From: Azolla caroliniana
Taxonomy: Eukaryota > Plantae > Polypodiophyta
Assembly (NCBI GenBank): GCA_043228905.1
Contig: JBHGNT010000009.1
Coordinates: 5,146,001-5,210,000, forward strand
Direction: 5' to 3'
DNA length: 64,000 nt
Part shown: positions 1 through 13,322 of the stretch, piece by piece
Layout of the letters: every line of letters starts with the position of its first letter
Position numbering within the stretch: the first letter of the stretch is position 1
The notes under the pieces: model-generated
Databases searched by the model: none
Told to the model about the DNA's origin: nothing
What the model saw: the letters and a program-made list of their open reading frames with translations, nothing else
Program-made: the position numbers and the translations under genes

Positions 1-508
1 CTTTATGAGGAGGAGAGGTGCATGGGCAAGCCCGAATGCTCCCTCGTCACGAGACGACCGAACGTACAAGGAAGACACAAACACACGCACGAAATGCTCG
101 TACGCCTTTATGAGGAGGAGAGGTGCATGGGCAAGCCCGAAACGCTCCCTTGTCACAAGACAACCGAACGTACAAGGAAGACACAAACACGCACACACAC
201 ACACAAATGCTCGTACGTCTTTATGTGGAGGAGAGGTGCATGGGCACGCCCGAAACGCTCCATCGTCACAAGACGGCCGAACGTACAAGGAAGTCACAAA
301 CACACACACAAATGCTTGTACGCCTTTATGAGGAGGAGAGGTGCATGGGCAAGCCCGAAACGGTCCCTCATGACAAGACGGCCGAACGTACAAGGACGAC
401 ACAAACACACGCACAAAATGCTCATACGCCTTTATGAGGAGGAGAGGTGCATGGGCAAGTCTGAAACGGTCCCTCATCACAAGAAGACCGAACGTACAAG
501 GAAGACAC
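1..508. repeat. Tandem array of ~105-113 bp units (about 5 copies visible), probably inside the 3' LTR of the minus-strand Gypsy element
   Basis: Unit CTTTATG(A/T)GGAGGAGAGGTGCATGGGCA...CGAACGTACAAGGA...CAC(AC)n AAATGCT restarts at 1, 106, 219, 324 and 430. Confidence 0.9.
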
Positions 509-822
509 GAGCAAAGAAAGAAGGAAAGACACGAATGATATTGTGAAATGCTCAAGATGTGAAATGCTCTCAAGAATAGCCCTTCTTTCATTATGTCTCA
601 AGTTACATTTTATAGACTCTCTCTTAGCGTGGAGGGTGTTCTCCCGCTCCAATTAGCTCTACTAATTATGGGGCTTGGTGGGGGCCTAGTTTGGGTGTGG
701 TGCATGAGGCTTGGTAGGGGCCTAATTTGGGTGTGGTCTATGTGTGGTGCATGGGGCTTGGTAGGGGCCTAATCTAGGTGTGGTCCATGTGACCACCACA
801 ATTCCCCCTTGTAAAAAAAAAG

Positions 823-1740
823 TTACTGTGCAGTTGAAGCGCGACGAGGCGTGGACGACGGTTCCAGACGGGGGGATGACACGGGCGTGGGCGTAGGCAT
901 GAGTGTGGGCGGGGGCGGTGGTAGTTGATGGAAGGGCTTCACGCGAGACTGGTGAGCAAAGGTAGAGCGGTTGTTGGAGGCGCGGCGGAGCAGGTATGTA
1001 GTGTCGCGTATCTGCTTTTGAACTTCGAAGGGACCGATCCATCGGTGCATGAGCGATTCGCTGAGACCGCGACGACGGATGGGGAAGTAGACGAGGACTT
1101 TGTCACCGACGTGGTATTGATGGTCGACACGGCCTATATCGTGTTGTCGTTTTTGGCGTAGTTGTGCCTGGTGCAGGTTGCTCGTGATGGCTTTGCGGAG
1201 GAGGGGCTGGAGTTGTTGTAGGTGGGACCACCAAGACACTGCGTCAGCGTGGAGTCGTGTGGTTGGTTGCGGGACTGCCACTTCTGGGGGTAAGCGCGGG
1301 TCCCTTCCGTAAAGGGCCCGAAATGGGCTAATGCGGGTAGAGGCTTGCACAGTTGTGTTGTAGGCATGCGTAACGAAGGGCAAGATTCGGTCCCAGGTTG
1401 AGTGCAGCGGATCGATGTAGGCTGAGATTTGTTGTTTTAAGGTTCGATTGAGGCACTCCGTCAACCCATTCGTTTGCGGATGGTAGGGTGACGTGAATAA
1501 CTGTTGGATTCCTAGTTGTGTTGAAACGAGGCGTAGGAGCTCACCGTTGAACTGGGGTCCTCGATCGGACAAGATTTGGAGTGGGCAACCATGGGGGAAG
1601 ATGATTTTCTCCAATAGTTTGGAGGCGATGGTCATAGCCTTTGCATCTGGGATAGCGGCCATCTCAGCCCAACGCATCAAGTACTCGGTGATGACGAGGA
1701 TGAATTTGTTCCCTCCTTGTGACTCGGGAAAGGGGCCCAT
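823..1740 (-). pseudogene. Gypsy integrase core and C-terminus (rve + GPY/F), 5'-truncated
   Basis: WDIMGPFP, ILSDRGPQF, TSPYHPQTNGLTE, SPFRALYGRDP and WIGPFEV motifs. Gag, PR, RT and RH are absent. Confidence 0.85.
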
Positions 1741-2725
1741 AATGTCCCATCCGACGATTTATAGACTCTCTCTTAGCGTGGAGGGTGTTCTCCCGTTCCA
1801 ATTAGCTCTACTAATTATGGGGCTTGGTGGGGGCCTAGTTTGGGTGTGGTGCATGAGGCTTGGTAGGGGCCTAATTTGGGTATGGTCTATGTGTGGTGCA
1901 TGGGGCTTGGTAGGGGCCTAATCTAGGTGTGGTCCATGTGACCACCACAATATCGGCCAAAGAAATAAATACGTGTTTGATTCCAACACAAGAGGACCCT
2001 TTATAAAATAGGGTTTGATTACAATGGCAACTTATAGTTAACCACAAGCTCAATCAAAACATAAATACTAAATTCCCTTAGAGACAAGAGCAAATCCGAA
2101 CACGGCGAAGATGAACACACAAGCACCACCAAAATGCCAATCCCAACGAAGCACGACCACCCGAACGGCGAGCACACGGGCTTGCAACGACGAACGGGGC
2201 AGAGTAACGTCGAACCAATGAAGCTTCGGCTCACGAGCACTTCGAGTGCCGACACGAAGAAGACGAGCACGTGGCGGTGGGGGGATGAAGGGGTATGAGA
2301 TGAAGAGAAGTGGTGAATAAGAAGATGAAGAGCTCCGAAGGAAAATTGGCGATAGTCTCCTCCTCCCAAAACGTCCTCCCCAAATGAGCCCCCCTCAAAC
2401 TCCTTTTATAGGAAAAAAGGAAGGGGGGTCGCCAATTTTCTCTTCAATGAAAAAGGAATAAAATTCCTTAAATCATGCTGCACTATAAGACTAGATTTGA
2501 ATCGTGCACCTCTAACTAGAAGTCAATGTGACTATCCACTAGCCCATTAACTCTCTCTTGTATAATATATAATTCTATCTCTATAAATTCATAGCCTATC
2601 TCCCCTCTACCTTTTATCTCTCCTCTCTCTTACTTTTTGCACGAGCTTCTATACCTCCTTTCCACCCTTTCTTTTCCCTTTTATTTTGCATATGCACAAT
2701 TAATCGCCTTTGTGTGCACACACAT

Positions 2726-3583
2726 TGTAGATGCACATTTTGACCCCCCCTTTCGCCGGTTTTTCCCACTCTTGAGCACGCCACATCATGACACCGGAGT
2801 CAGCTGAACAAAGGGGAGATGAATCCAAGAAGGGCGAGAAGGCCAAGACCAACACATGGTCTGATGTGGTTAAGGACCTGAAGACAGAAGACGAATTGGA
2901 GACAACCAATTCGGGCAAGAGTGGAAATGAATCAGAGACAACCGATTCGGTTCGAATGTTCAATTTGAAGACGCCGAATCAACTAAAGGCCAACCGGACC
3001 GCAACATCAAGGGAGCTGAGAAAGGCCGCACGAGCAGACAAGCCGACCGAAAGGGTCGAGGCGCGCAAAATCGAACGGGTCGAGGAGCGCAAGTGAGGTG
3101 TGAAGCCAGGAGAAGCCGAAGTGAAGATCCAGAAGAGTAGGCAGAACCTCAAGTTGAGCTTGAGTGGGAGTGTTGAGATACAAGCTCAACATTGGGTGCG
3201 TAAACCAGTACGTAGACTGGGTGCGTAAACTGTGTGCGCAACGAGAGGTCATTGGATAGATATTCCGCGGAGGAATATATTTTGGGAGTTAGTGTAGGGG
3301 CTCATTGATGAGCATCGAAGTACGAGTCAGTACTTCAGCCAGTCCATATGGAGTTGTATAAAAGTGCTCCCTGAGCACATCCTATGTACAGAGTTTTAGA
3401 GTATTGTTTTGGAGTAGAGTTTTCTAAGTTCTACTCTCTGTGTCTCTCCCGCATACGTTGTGTTGATTAAGCTTTCCATTAAACCTTCCTTATCTTCCTT
3501 GTCTATTGTCTTTTATCTGTTGTTACCCGCTTGTGTCTATTAAGCTTCCGCACGTATTCTTTTACACCTATGATTGGGTGTCA
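2726..3583 (+). mobile_element. Possible LTR-derived segment (boundaries uncertain)
   Basis: GA-rich U3-like block, TATA-like GTATAAAA near 3355, T-rich U5-like tail, and TGACACC (2789)...GGTGTCA (3583) inverted ends. No TSD found. Confidence 0.3.
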
Positions 3584-6500
3584 TGGAATTGGTGCTTGAT
3601 TGAGGCTAAGGTTGACCCACCATGTATCACATTTGGTTGTTGCATTATCGGCAATTCATTGTGTTTGCCATGTTATGTTCATGGGTAAGACTTAACTCAA
3701 GTGAATCGTAATAAGTAGTTCTATGACTCAACTTTTCTCAAATAGGTAGACTTAATTAGTAATGGAGATTAGTATGATAAGACAAACTTATTTTCTTGCT
3801 TAAATAGAGAGCAACCATACTTAAGTAAGATTAAAACAATATAACTCCTAATGTTCTTGTTTAAAGGTTACATGGGGATTACATTTGGTAGATATGTATT
3901 AGTGGCTTTATTTTCCAAACTTTTGAGTCCATATTTTTTAATTACATTCTAAATGGGTCATAAATGAGTTTTTAAAACCAAATTGTTTTTTTTTTCAATT
4001 AGGCTATTCCTAATGGAGACATTCTATCTACTTATACACATGCCCTCGTCAAGAGGCAACAACATGCATGTAGAATTGATGGGAATAAAAATGTCAACTC
4101 GGTTATCTTATGTTCATAATCAACCCAGGTGTAGGTATATTAAAGTCCCATGTCCTAAAAGGTCCCACAAATTCCTTTTAGAAAGAAAAGTCGTTATTGA
4201 TAGGAGAAGAACCCACATGTAGTAGGATAAGTCTAAGTATAATAATAAGTAAGAAAATAATTTCAAGCCTAGATTTGACAATTTTGCACAAGCAATGTCC
4301 TAAGAAATAGACCCATCAAGGCAACTCTTTGACAATAGAAGCATTTACCATTACTTCACGAGTGTTCTACACAACTATGACAGAGCTATCAAGAGTTGAT
4401 AAAGATGGGGAGGGTTGCAATTTCAACTAGGAGAAATAGAGGTTGCCTCGTTGGATATGTGTTGGCCATAACATACATTCCAATTTTTATTGCACAAATA
4501 TTATAAACTTTGAACGTTCTAATTTGAAAATTTTCCACTTGCTAATTTCCCTTTTGTTGATAATTGTTTGATAGAGTGTCCTATGAGAAAGCAATGATTT
4601 GAGTGAGTAGATGATCACATAGTTGTATGTATGAAGATTTGACAAAGAGGATAATATTATATCTGTCATAATGATTAGTATGTACAAACTATCAAATTAT
4701 CATAGAAATCTACCATTACACAAATTCTATGAACTATCAATTCCTATTACTTAGGCCTACCATACATGTTTCTAACAATAAAATTTCGTAGTACATGTAC
4801 GGATGTGAACCCTTAACCAATAGCAAACAAATATGTTCCCAAAAAGAATATTTAATTTAATAGAGAAATTTGGTTGGCGTGTCTATGTACAAATCAAAAC
4901 ATAAGTAAATAGAAGTTATTGAATCCGTGGAGACAACTTGCATCCCAAAAGGCATGTGGAAGGAAATTGGAAGTTGCGAAAGTTATGGTATGAATAATGT
5001 GAACAGTTTGTTTAAACTTTGATGCATTTGATTACGGTTCTTTTATTGAAAACAAGTCATCGTATTAGAGAAACACGAAAGGTCATATGGTATTCATTAA
5101 GTTAATAAAAACATGAACTTCAACATAGAATATCCCTATGGGCCATGTTGTACACATTAAATAAAGTTTAAGAAGATATGTCAAGCTTCGAAAAGAGTGC
5201 TAAAATGGACACTTATATTAAATAGCGTGCATGGAGATGGACATGAAGGTGCGTAAGAGGAATCGACGGCTTTTACATTTACGTGCATGATATAACAAAG
5301 ACATAATAAATTGATGAAGACATAAGGGTGTCTTAAGTCAAATTCATGTGATAGACTATGACATTGCGCTAGAAAAGGATAGGGTGGCACAATATTCAAA
5401 GATAGGAAGTGCTCGAAAAATAACCTTATATGAACAATGCAAAAGGTCACACGTCAACACATTTATTAGGTCAACCCTTATTTATTCGAATATCTTATAT
5501 GATAAGAAGGACCATTAGGGAGAGAAAATGGTATGGTCAACAAGCGAGCGGAGAATGGTTACAAAAATGGCGTATGTCAAGACATAAAGATCATGAAGTA
5601 ACATCTAGTGAAGGGAACAAATCATAAAAGAGATTTCAACATTCGTATGATAGTGCATTAGTATTGGCCAAGAAATAAAAACCAAGGGTTGTAGTGAATC
5701 AAGTTTTCCTAGAATGCTCAGAAACATTCTCTTTGTTATATATGCAAAATGGAAAGCTCTAATGCCATTAAACATAAGAGATCCCTCATGACGTGATGTA
5801 TTATAACACACAAAGGATGCATAACGACCATAGAAAACGTTTGCATTGGGTAAGAAAAATGTTTGAGAGTTGCAAATGTGTCGACATGTGAACCATATGA
5901 AGATCTCATAACATTGACAGATAAACAACGAACACGAAAACAAGTCTAGGAAGGCTTCATATCATGGGAGAGTCCCTTCAGAAGCAAACAAATGAAACAA
6001 GCGTTGACCATGACCAAGTAGTTGGAGATGGTGAAAAGAGGTGGGGGGCACGAGAGAATTAAAGAGTGTTTAGGTCATGTGGGGTAGGCAATGTAGCCTA
6101 GGTCTCTCCAAAAACATGGAATAACGACATAATGAGAGGAGGTGGTTAGACGACAACAACACAAACACACAAACGGTCTCTCTCTCTCTCTCTAACACCC
6201 ACATGGAGTTGATTGAAAGTGGTTCATTCCATGTAGACATCAAGGTTGGTTGGTCGGTAACATGATGGAGTCCATGTGGAACTAGAGGTTGGTCGGACAT
6301 CAATGTACTACACGACACTTCATGTCCATGGATAGATATACAAACAGATAGATAGATTCTCATGTGCCTTCATTCATGACACATTCACATGTGTGTGTGT
6401 GTGTGTGTGGGACACCATTTCAAAGCAATTTATTAATCCCTCCCCTTCACAAGTGAGTTGGTTTATATATATATATAGATAGATAGATAGATAGATATAT

Positions 6501-6823
6501 GGATGGATAATAGAGAGCATGCATTGCAATTAATTTGTGATCTCACTATTTTAGCAATTAGGGACTTCATGACCTCCCCTTAATTACCCAATCTAATCAC
6601 TCTCTTAATAATTCCCTGCCTCATTACTCCATTCCTTAGCTTTTAATCACCAACCTAATCACTCTCTTAATCCCAACCTTTTCAATTTGCTGGAGATATT
6701 ACCAAACATCTGCAAAGAAAAAAAAAACAAAGGGAAAAGGGAGCCTCACACAATTATACTTGACGTTTTTTTGTTAGCATTGCTAAAGTGTGAAAATCAA
6801 TTGTCCTGAATACTGAGAACTAA

Positions 6824-9800
6824 ATGGGGAGGAGTATGGGTGATGGGTTCATTAATTCTATGGCTCATTTGTTGGGTGGGTTTTCAATCCTAATCCTTCT
6901 CATTCATCCATCATATGTGCAATCGAGATACTCAGGTTACTTCGACATCACGCTCGGACAAACGAATGTGAGATCGCTAAAAAACGATCGAGTCTGGGAA
7001 TTGAGCCTCGACAATATCACAGGTAAATCTTTAAGTACATCCATTCCATCCCCCATTTTTCATGTAGATGCAATGACCCAATAAAATTAATTAACCATTG
7101 CAAATCTCAGATTGCCACATTTCCATCACCATTCATATCTATCTCAAATTCCTTAAGTGTAAAAGAAAAAACACTACAATTTCTCAATTCTATTCTATTT
7201 ACTTTACTTCCTCCATTCCTCTCAAGGAATCACAATTTGTGCATTTGTGTTAAAATCCTTTCATATCTAATTTGTTTTTTCAAGCTAATTTGTGTTTAAA
7301 AAAATATAGATCTAGATTCAATTTCTATTGTTCTTTTGTGCTGCAACTCTTTCTACGTTAATCTAGCGTGATTAATTTGATTTCAATGTGCTATAATTTT
7401 GTTTTGTTTTATTTGAGTGGAAATTTGATTAATTTAGGTTTACTTTTATGTGACTTAATTTGAGTTTATGGATAAAATTGGAAACCTCCATTTCTAATCT
7501 AAGTAATAAGTTGGTGATGAAAGAATCAATTTCAATAATTTTGCTTTGCTTTATTTGACTGGAATTTTGATTAATTTATGTTTAATTTTATTTGACTTAA
7601 TTTGAGTTTAGTGATAAATTTGAAAACCTCCATTTATGATCAAAGTGATGTAAATTAGTGACAAAAGAACCAAATAATATCAATAATGCCTTAAATGTGT
7701 TAGTATCCTTATGAACTAAACTCGGAAGAGTAGGTTGTTCGACATACGAGCTTGACCTAGTGATGAATAAGCTCAGATGTGAAATTTGGTCGAAGGTCTA
7801 ACATACCGTTAGATTCTTAAAGTAGTCGGGATGGAACAAGGTTGTTGCTTGTGGCCTAGGACGAGATAGATTAGTGTACATAGCTACTCCTTATGATCAC
7901 GAGGTCTTAGGTTCATATAGTACCACATATCACTCTAAGGACTCCTTAACACACATGAGTAAACATGAATGTGGATATGGATTAAATATGGCAAAACACA
8001 TGCTTAGACGTAGCGGTTGTTGGTCGCTACAATATGTTAATTCTATACCTTTCATTTCCATCACACATACCATTCATAATATCATGGGAGTTGTGTGAAA
8101 TTTGTAGGAGTATATGTATTTGTATATATAGGTATCACAATGGGGTAGAAAATTGGAAAGGCCCTAATTTCTAGATTTTCACGAAAAACAATAAATGACA
8201 AGTTTGGATGTCTATCCATACTACCTACAATTTGATCCAAAGCCTAGCCTAGTATTATATACTCCAAGATATTGGCACTTTGTTTATTTCAAAAGGTCGG
8301 CGTGCTTACTCGGAAAGATTTCTATCAATGTTTTTTACAGTTCTGTATTTCTTATACATAGTAGCATTGCTACCCTTGCCCAAGTACATGCTTCATTATG
8401 TATAGCATATTGTTCTCATGTTTATGGAGTGAAGTTTAGCCATTTATCTACCCCTCAATCTATGGTAGGGGTAATCGTAAGATATATGATAGAATCCAAG
8501 AACTTCTGTGGTATAAGAGTGTGCATTCAATGTAATGTAAAGCTCTAGAAACTTTGAAATGTGTAAAAGGCAAGAGAAAAATCTACCTATCAATAGAAAT
8601 ACGAGAATGCCCATCAACATTTGAGCACATCTTTCATTTGTGTACACTTATACGTAATACTTTTGTATGTAACTTGCCTTGAAAATGTTCTTCATCCCAA
8701 ACCATAATTTACATTAGTATAATTTATTCATAATTTAGAGAGCACATGTTTCAATTTAAACACTCCATAAAATATTCAATTATTGGTTAATTATGATCAT
8801 TGTTGTCTTGTTTGTAGCAAGTGGTATTGAGTCCAAGAAAAGTTACTTATATGGCAGCATTCAAATGAGCTTGAAGTTGCCAAGTGGCAACTCAGCTGGC
8901 ACTGTTACAGCCTTCTATGTAGGTATCCTTGACTATTATTGCATTTTTCACTTTAAAGATTTCACACAATGAGGTTGAGAGTGAAGGCTGAAGCCATGAT
9001 TACTATTTGGGCCTTATTTACCAATTGAATTGAATTCTTTGTGACCATTTTCATATGATAAAACATCCATTAATCATTTTACTTGAAAGTTGAAACTATG
9101 ATTGCGAGAAACAAGAGAAGATCATTTAGTGGGCTAGCCATTAAAGTGAAAATGGGTTATCATCAATAAGGAAATCAATTCAAATTACACTATACATTAT
9201 GAAAGAAAACAATCATAATAACATTTTTCAATCAAGCCATCATATATAGTCTTGGTATGCGATTATATAATTAACTTATCTTGGGATAAAATGTTTTATC
9301 ATATGTGAAACAAAGATCACCATCAATTTCAAGTAACCATTAATTCTTTGAACCGTGAGATAGATAGCATCTGATGGAACGGACCAAGACGAAGTAGATT
9401 TTGAGTTCCTAGGCAACGAAACTGGACAACCATATATCCTTCAAACCAATGTATTTTGGAGTGGGACAAATGGACGTGAGCAAAGAATTTATCTCTGGTT
9501 TGATCCTTCTCAAGCATACCATAACTACTCGATCATATGGAACCCTAACCAAACCATGTAAGCCCTAAACTCTAAAAACTTAACCAAATATTGTCATGCT
9601 CCTTAAATTGATTAAAGTCAAAATCATTGGTGCAAAACCTACTCACACATGCACGCATGCAAATATTACTAGTCAATGGTTAGCAAAGTTACACTTGGTA
9701 TGTTATTGCTGTCATTACTAACCTTGGAAGTGATTCAGTACATTAATGTTAAGAGCGCTATACAAATTGGTACATATATGGAATCCCCTTCAAACTTTAC

Positions 9801-10283
9801 TTTGCCACATTACTCTATGATTCTTTCACCAAAGTGCATCATCCATGCCATTGTATAAACCATGGGAGTGCATGTGTAACGAGTCTCGTTCTTTCTCTAT
9901 TAATATGCAGCGTTGCAGTGGATGGCATACCTATTAGACAAGTCAAGAACAATGAGTATGCTGGTATTCCATATCTAAGACATGCCATGAAAGTACATGC
10001 AAGTATATGGGATGGAAGTTCTTGGGCCACCCAAGGAGGTCGTGTCAAAATTGACTATAATAATGCTCCGTTTGTGGCTTCCTTTGGTCGATTCAAGTTT
10101 GATGTTTGCAAAAAATTAACAACAAAATGCTTGGCTACAAGATGGTGGAATTCTCCTGCATATTCAACATTAACCACCGACCAACAAGCAAGTTTTCAAT
10201 GGGTTAAGGATAACTACATGATATACAACTATTGTGATGACCGAGAAAGATATCCAACACCTTTCCCTGAGTGTTCAATATAA
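6824..10283 (+). CDS. XTH: Xyloglucan endotransglucosylase/hydrolase (GH16), 4 exons: 6824-7022, 8818-8918, 9364-9557, 9911-10283; ~288 aa
   Basis: All introns are GT-AG and the phases join in frame. Exons 2 and 3 are 101 and 194 nt, the typical XTH sizes. Hydrophobic signal peptide, [11 protein letters not shown], catalytic DEVDFEFLG followed by N-glycosylation site [25 protein letters not shown], and C-terminal [14 protein letters not shown]...EC. Confidence 0.95.
7408..7650. repeat. Diverged tandem duplication (~143 bp period) in XTH intron 1
   Basis: TTTATTTGA.TGGAA.TTTGATTAATTTA...GACTTAATTTGAGTTTA...AAACCTCCATTT occurs near 7408 and 7551. Confidence 0.7.
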
Positions 10284-10344
10284 TTGTGAAATGACAATGC
10301 AATAACATTTAACAAATCTCTACCATCACGATTCATTTTCAAAT

Positions 10345-10620
10345 AAAATAATACAACCATTCTCAGTGTTTCAATAACAAATACATCTCCCATAAGAATC
10401 CAATATTTAACATCACTTTGTGATGCCTTTGTATTGTAACACACATTCTAAATCTAGTAATAGAAATTCATGAACCTTTAAAAAATCTCTACAATCATGA
10501 TTCATTTTTTAATACAATAATACAACCATTTCCTGTGTTTCAATAACAAATATGTCTCCCATAAGAATCCAATATAAAATGACTTTGTGATGCCACTATT
10601 GTAACACGCATTCTAAATTT
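10345..10620. repeat. Tandem duplication (~170 bp period) downstream of the XTH stop codon
   Basis: AATACAACCATT...GTGTTTCAATAACAAATA..TCTCCCATAAGAATCCAATAT...CTTTGTGATGCC...TTGTAACAC.CATTCTAAAT occurs twice. Confidence 0.75.
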
Positions 10621-10820
10621 AAGACCTTTATCAAACTTATTACATCCCAAAGTGGCTCTCATAGGATCTACTTTAACTTCATAACTTTAATATATACAAG
10701 ATTTCATTGTCTAATGATATGTGTGTGATGTGTTTCCAATAAAGCATTTATAGAGCTCTTTTTTTTTCCAAAAAAAAAAAAACTCCTTCCATTAGTTATA
10801 AAATTTTACAAATGAGACGA

Positions 10821-11498
10821 TTATGTACAAATCCCTAAAGGGATGACCAATGACTCAAGAATGGGAGAGGACGACCATTGTTGGATGAAGGCTATGCGTT
10901 GTCTTTCAACTCCCTCGGAGCCACCTTTAAGGCCATCATATTGACTCTTCAGAGTGGCTACAATTTCACTCCATATCTCTTGCAGTAACCTTGTTGGATG
11001 GGTGGTTTGGTTGGAGAAGACTCGTCTACATCGTTGTTTCCATAGAATCCAAAGGGTTATTGGGCTGAAACATATATTTCCCCACTTGATTGAACCTTGC
11101 ACCTGGCATAATTGCAACAAGCGACCAACCCCCCGCCATATTCTATGGGACGTTGGGAAGTCCCACAGAGCGTGTCGTATGGATTCTACTGCATGTGGGC
11201 ACTCTACACAATTAGGAGAGCTAAGGTTCCCACGTTGCCATGCTCCCACCGGTAGGAACTTATGTATTAACAGCCATTGGAAAGTGGTAATTCGCCTCGC
11301 GTGTTGTTGCTTCCAGATTTTCTGCCAAAACTTGGTGATTATTGCGGAGGGAACTTGAAATGTGTGCCAGACCTTTGCAGCAGCCGGCTCTCGGGCGGCT
11401 TGAGCAGCTAGAATGTGGTGACCCAATCTAGTTGTGAATTGGAAGAAAGGGATGGGTTTGCTTCCTTGCCCCGCGTCCCAAAATGGGAAACCTTGCAC
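10821..11498 (-). mobile_element. L1-type LINE 3' fragment (ORF2 C-terminal zf-RVT region)
   Basis: FWQKIW...ITTFQWLLIH...CVEC..VESIRHALW...LWILWKQRCRRVF, and homologous to the other LINE fragments in the window. Confidence 0.8.
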
Positions 11499-11517
11499 AC
11501 AATATCCAAGATTTTCG

Positions 11518-11768
11518 TATTCCTAAATATATCACCAAATACGAGGCAACATGCCATTTCTTCTCAATTTGATCATGCAAATCTCACATGACACCACAAG
11601 TATTCCTAAATATATCACCAAATAAGAGGTAATGTGCCATTTCTTCTTAATTTGATCATGCAAATCTCACATGACACCACAAGTATTCCTAAATATATCA
11701 CCAAATAAGAGGCAATGTGTCATTTCTTCTTAATTTGATCATGCAAATCTCACATGACACCACAAGTA
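11518..11768. repeat. 83-bp tandem repeat x3
   Basis: TATTCCTAAATATATCACCAAATA... restarts at 11518, 11601 and 11684 with near-identical units. Confidence 0.9.
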
Positions 11769-12047
11769 TCATCGTTAAGAGTTTGATAATGTAGCAAAAA
11801 GTTTCAAGGGAAATGGAATCCAAATAATGCAAATGGTGAGCTTCATGTCTCATAAACCCATTGTGACTCGTAAGAGGGTGTCTTGTTGTTATCAACATAT
11901 TTGGATTCCCTATAATGAAAGATCATACATATACATTGAATTCGTTATCCTTTATATTTTAGTGTACTCTATTGTTAAGCATCAACGCATACAAAATTTA
12001 GTCTACATGAGCTTTGTCTTATACAAATTGCAATAGATTTGTTTTTG

Positions 12048-12717
12048 TGTTACTTATTGGACCAAGTGGACGGGCTGGAGGAGTGAAGTGTAAAAGATCC
12101 GAAGCCGAGTTGGACAAGGCCAAAGATAGTCAGAAGCCGATGCAGATAAATATATAAAACGGAGTAAATTTAGGAATTATAATCTTTGTAATAATGTTCT
12201 AATACGATAGTTGTACTGCGAATAGATATGTCGATTAGGATTAGTGTTTGAATAGACATGTTGATCTATAACAATGGCTTATGTAATCTCACATGCTTAC
12301 CTATAAAAAGGGGACATGTACATTGTAATAATTCGTCTGTTAATGAATTGTGTATTGCCTTACGTTTCTTCTTTGTGTTAAGTTTTGCATTGTTCTTTGT
12401 GTGACGGACCAGTCGGCGGCATAGCCGATCCGGATTGCTATTTGCATCCGATTCAGGCTGGGAAGTTGTTACTTTGGGTTGGACCGTGTGAAGATTGGTT
12501 GAACCCTATCCTCTCAGGGAATCTAACCTAATCTAACTATATTACGAATCTATCATTGTGATCCCTATAACTTTGCCGTCACTCCTACGATGATCTTTGG
12601 TGAAGGTTACTCAATAATTGAGTATCCAACCCGTGCTCCTAGGGATTAGGAACACTTATTGATCATAGGATAGTCATGAATACACATCCTATTCTGATCC
12701 AATTTATGCATACGACA
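12048..12717 (+). mobile_element. Possible solo LTR
   Basis: TGTTAC...ACGACA ends and an internal CTATAAAAAGGGG TATA followed by a T-rich region. The TSD is imperfect. Confidence 0.35.
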
Positions 12718-12814
12718 TTATTGTGGATCCCGCATTTATTCAAATCATCTTTTCAAATCCCAATCTTTTCTTCTAATATATTTGTATATATGTGGAGAGA
12801 GACAAAGGAATACA

Positions 12815-13253
12815 TGTCATGGTAAGACTCGAACCCATGACTTTATGCTGCATGGGTCGAGCTCTTACCATTAGATTATGAATTGTATTTTGTAGGATAT
12901 TATTTTCATTTATACTTTATCATAGAAAATTGATGTATATTCCAGATCTCTCTGGAACATTCTAGAAGCTTCAGGATTATTCCTAAAAACACTATAAAAG
13001 GAGGCACAAGGCATTGTTTTGAACCAAATTGGTTCAACGCCAGTCTTAAGCCTCTTAGCCGCTTGTACTTATCTTTTCACATAATATATAGCTGCTGTCA
13101 TCATCTCTCTCTCTCTCTCATTCTCGCTATCTCTCTCTCTCTCCTCTTCTCACTTCCTCTCTTGGGAATCTTACGCAGTCCCATCCTCTTAGTACTAATA
13201 GTACTGCTGTTCTTAGTACTAATTCCATCTCTGTTTTAGTACTATTCCTGATA
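12815..13253 (+). repeat. 5' LTR of chromovirus copy 1
   Basis: TGTCA...TGATA (terminal CA mutated to TA), TATAAAA at 12993, (CT)n tract, direct repeat of 18080-18518. Confidence 0.95.
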
Positions 13254-13322
13254 GTTTGAACCAATTTTTCCCTCTAGCCTACTTGTCACTCTCCCTCATC
13301 CTCCTACCCTTTTCCCTATACT

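Larger units (their letters stand above)
1..1949 (-). mobile_element. Internally deleted Ty3/Gypsy LTR retrotransposon: truncated 5' LTR 1758-1949, integrase, PPT, and 3' LTR running from 800 to the window edge
   Basis: A ~192-bp direct repeat lies at 609-800 and 1758-1949, both starting TGTGGTGGTC on the minus strand. A purine tract AAGGGGGAAT directly precedes the copy at 800, and an integrase ORF lies between the copies. Confidence 0.8.

Noticed and set aside
5-546. Three overlapping repetitive ORFs
   Set aside because: They are translations of the 105-bp tandem array with no protein motif.
2788-3096. Charged 102-aa ORF
   Set aside because: Low-complexity GA-rich sequence in an LTR-like block with no supporting motif or gene structure.
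9834-9910. 5' extension of the XTH last-exon ORF
   Set aside because: Intronic. The acceptor CAG at 9908-9910 gives the correct phase.
12815-12881. A true tRNA gene
   Set aside because: The anticodon stem does not pair and the sequence is an integral part of the LTR. Reported as tRNA-like only.
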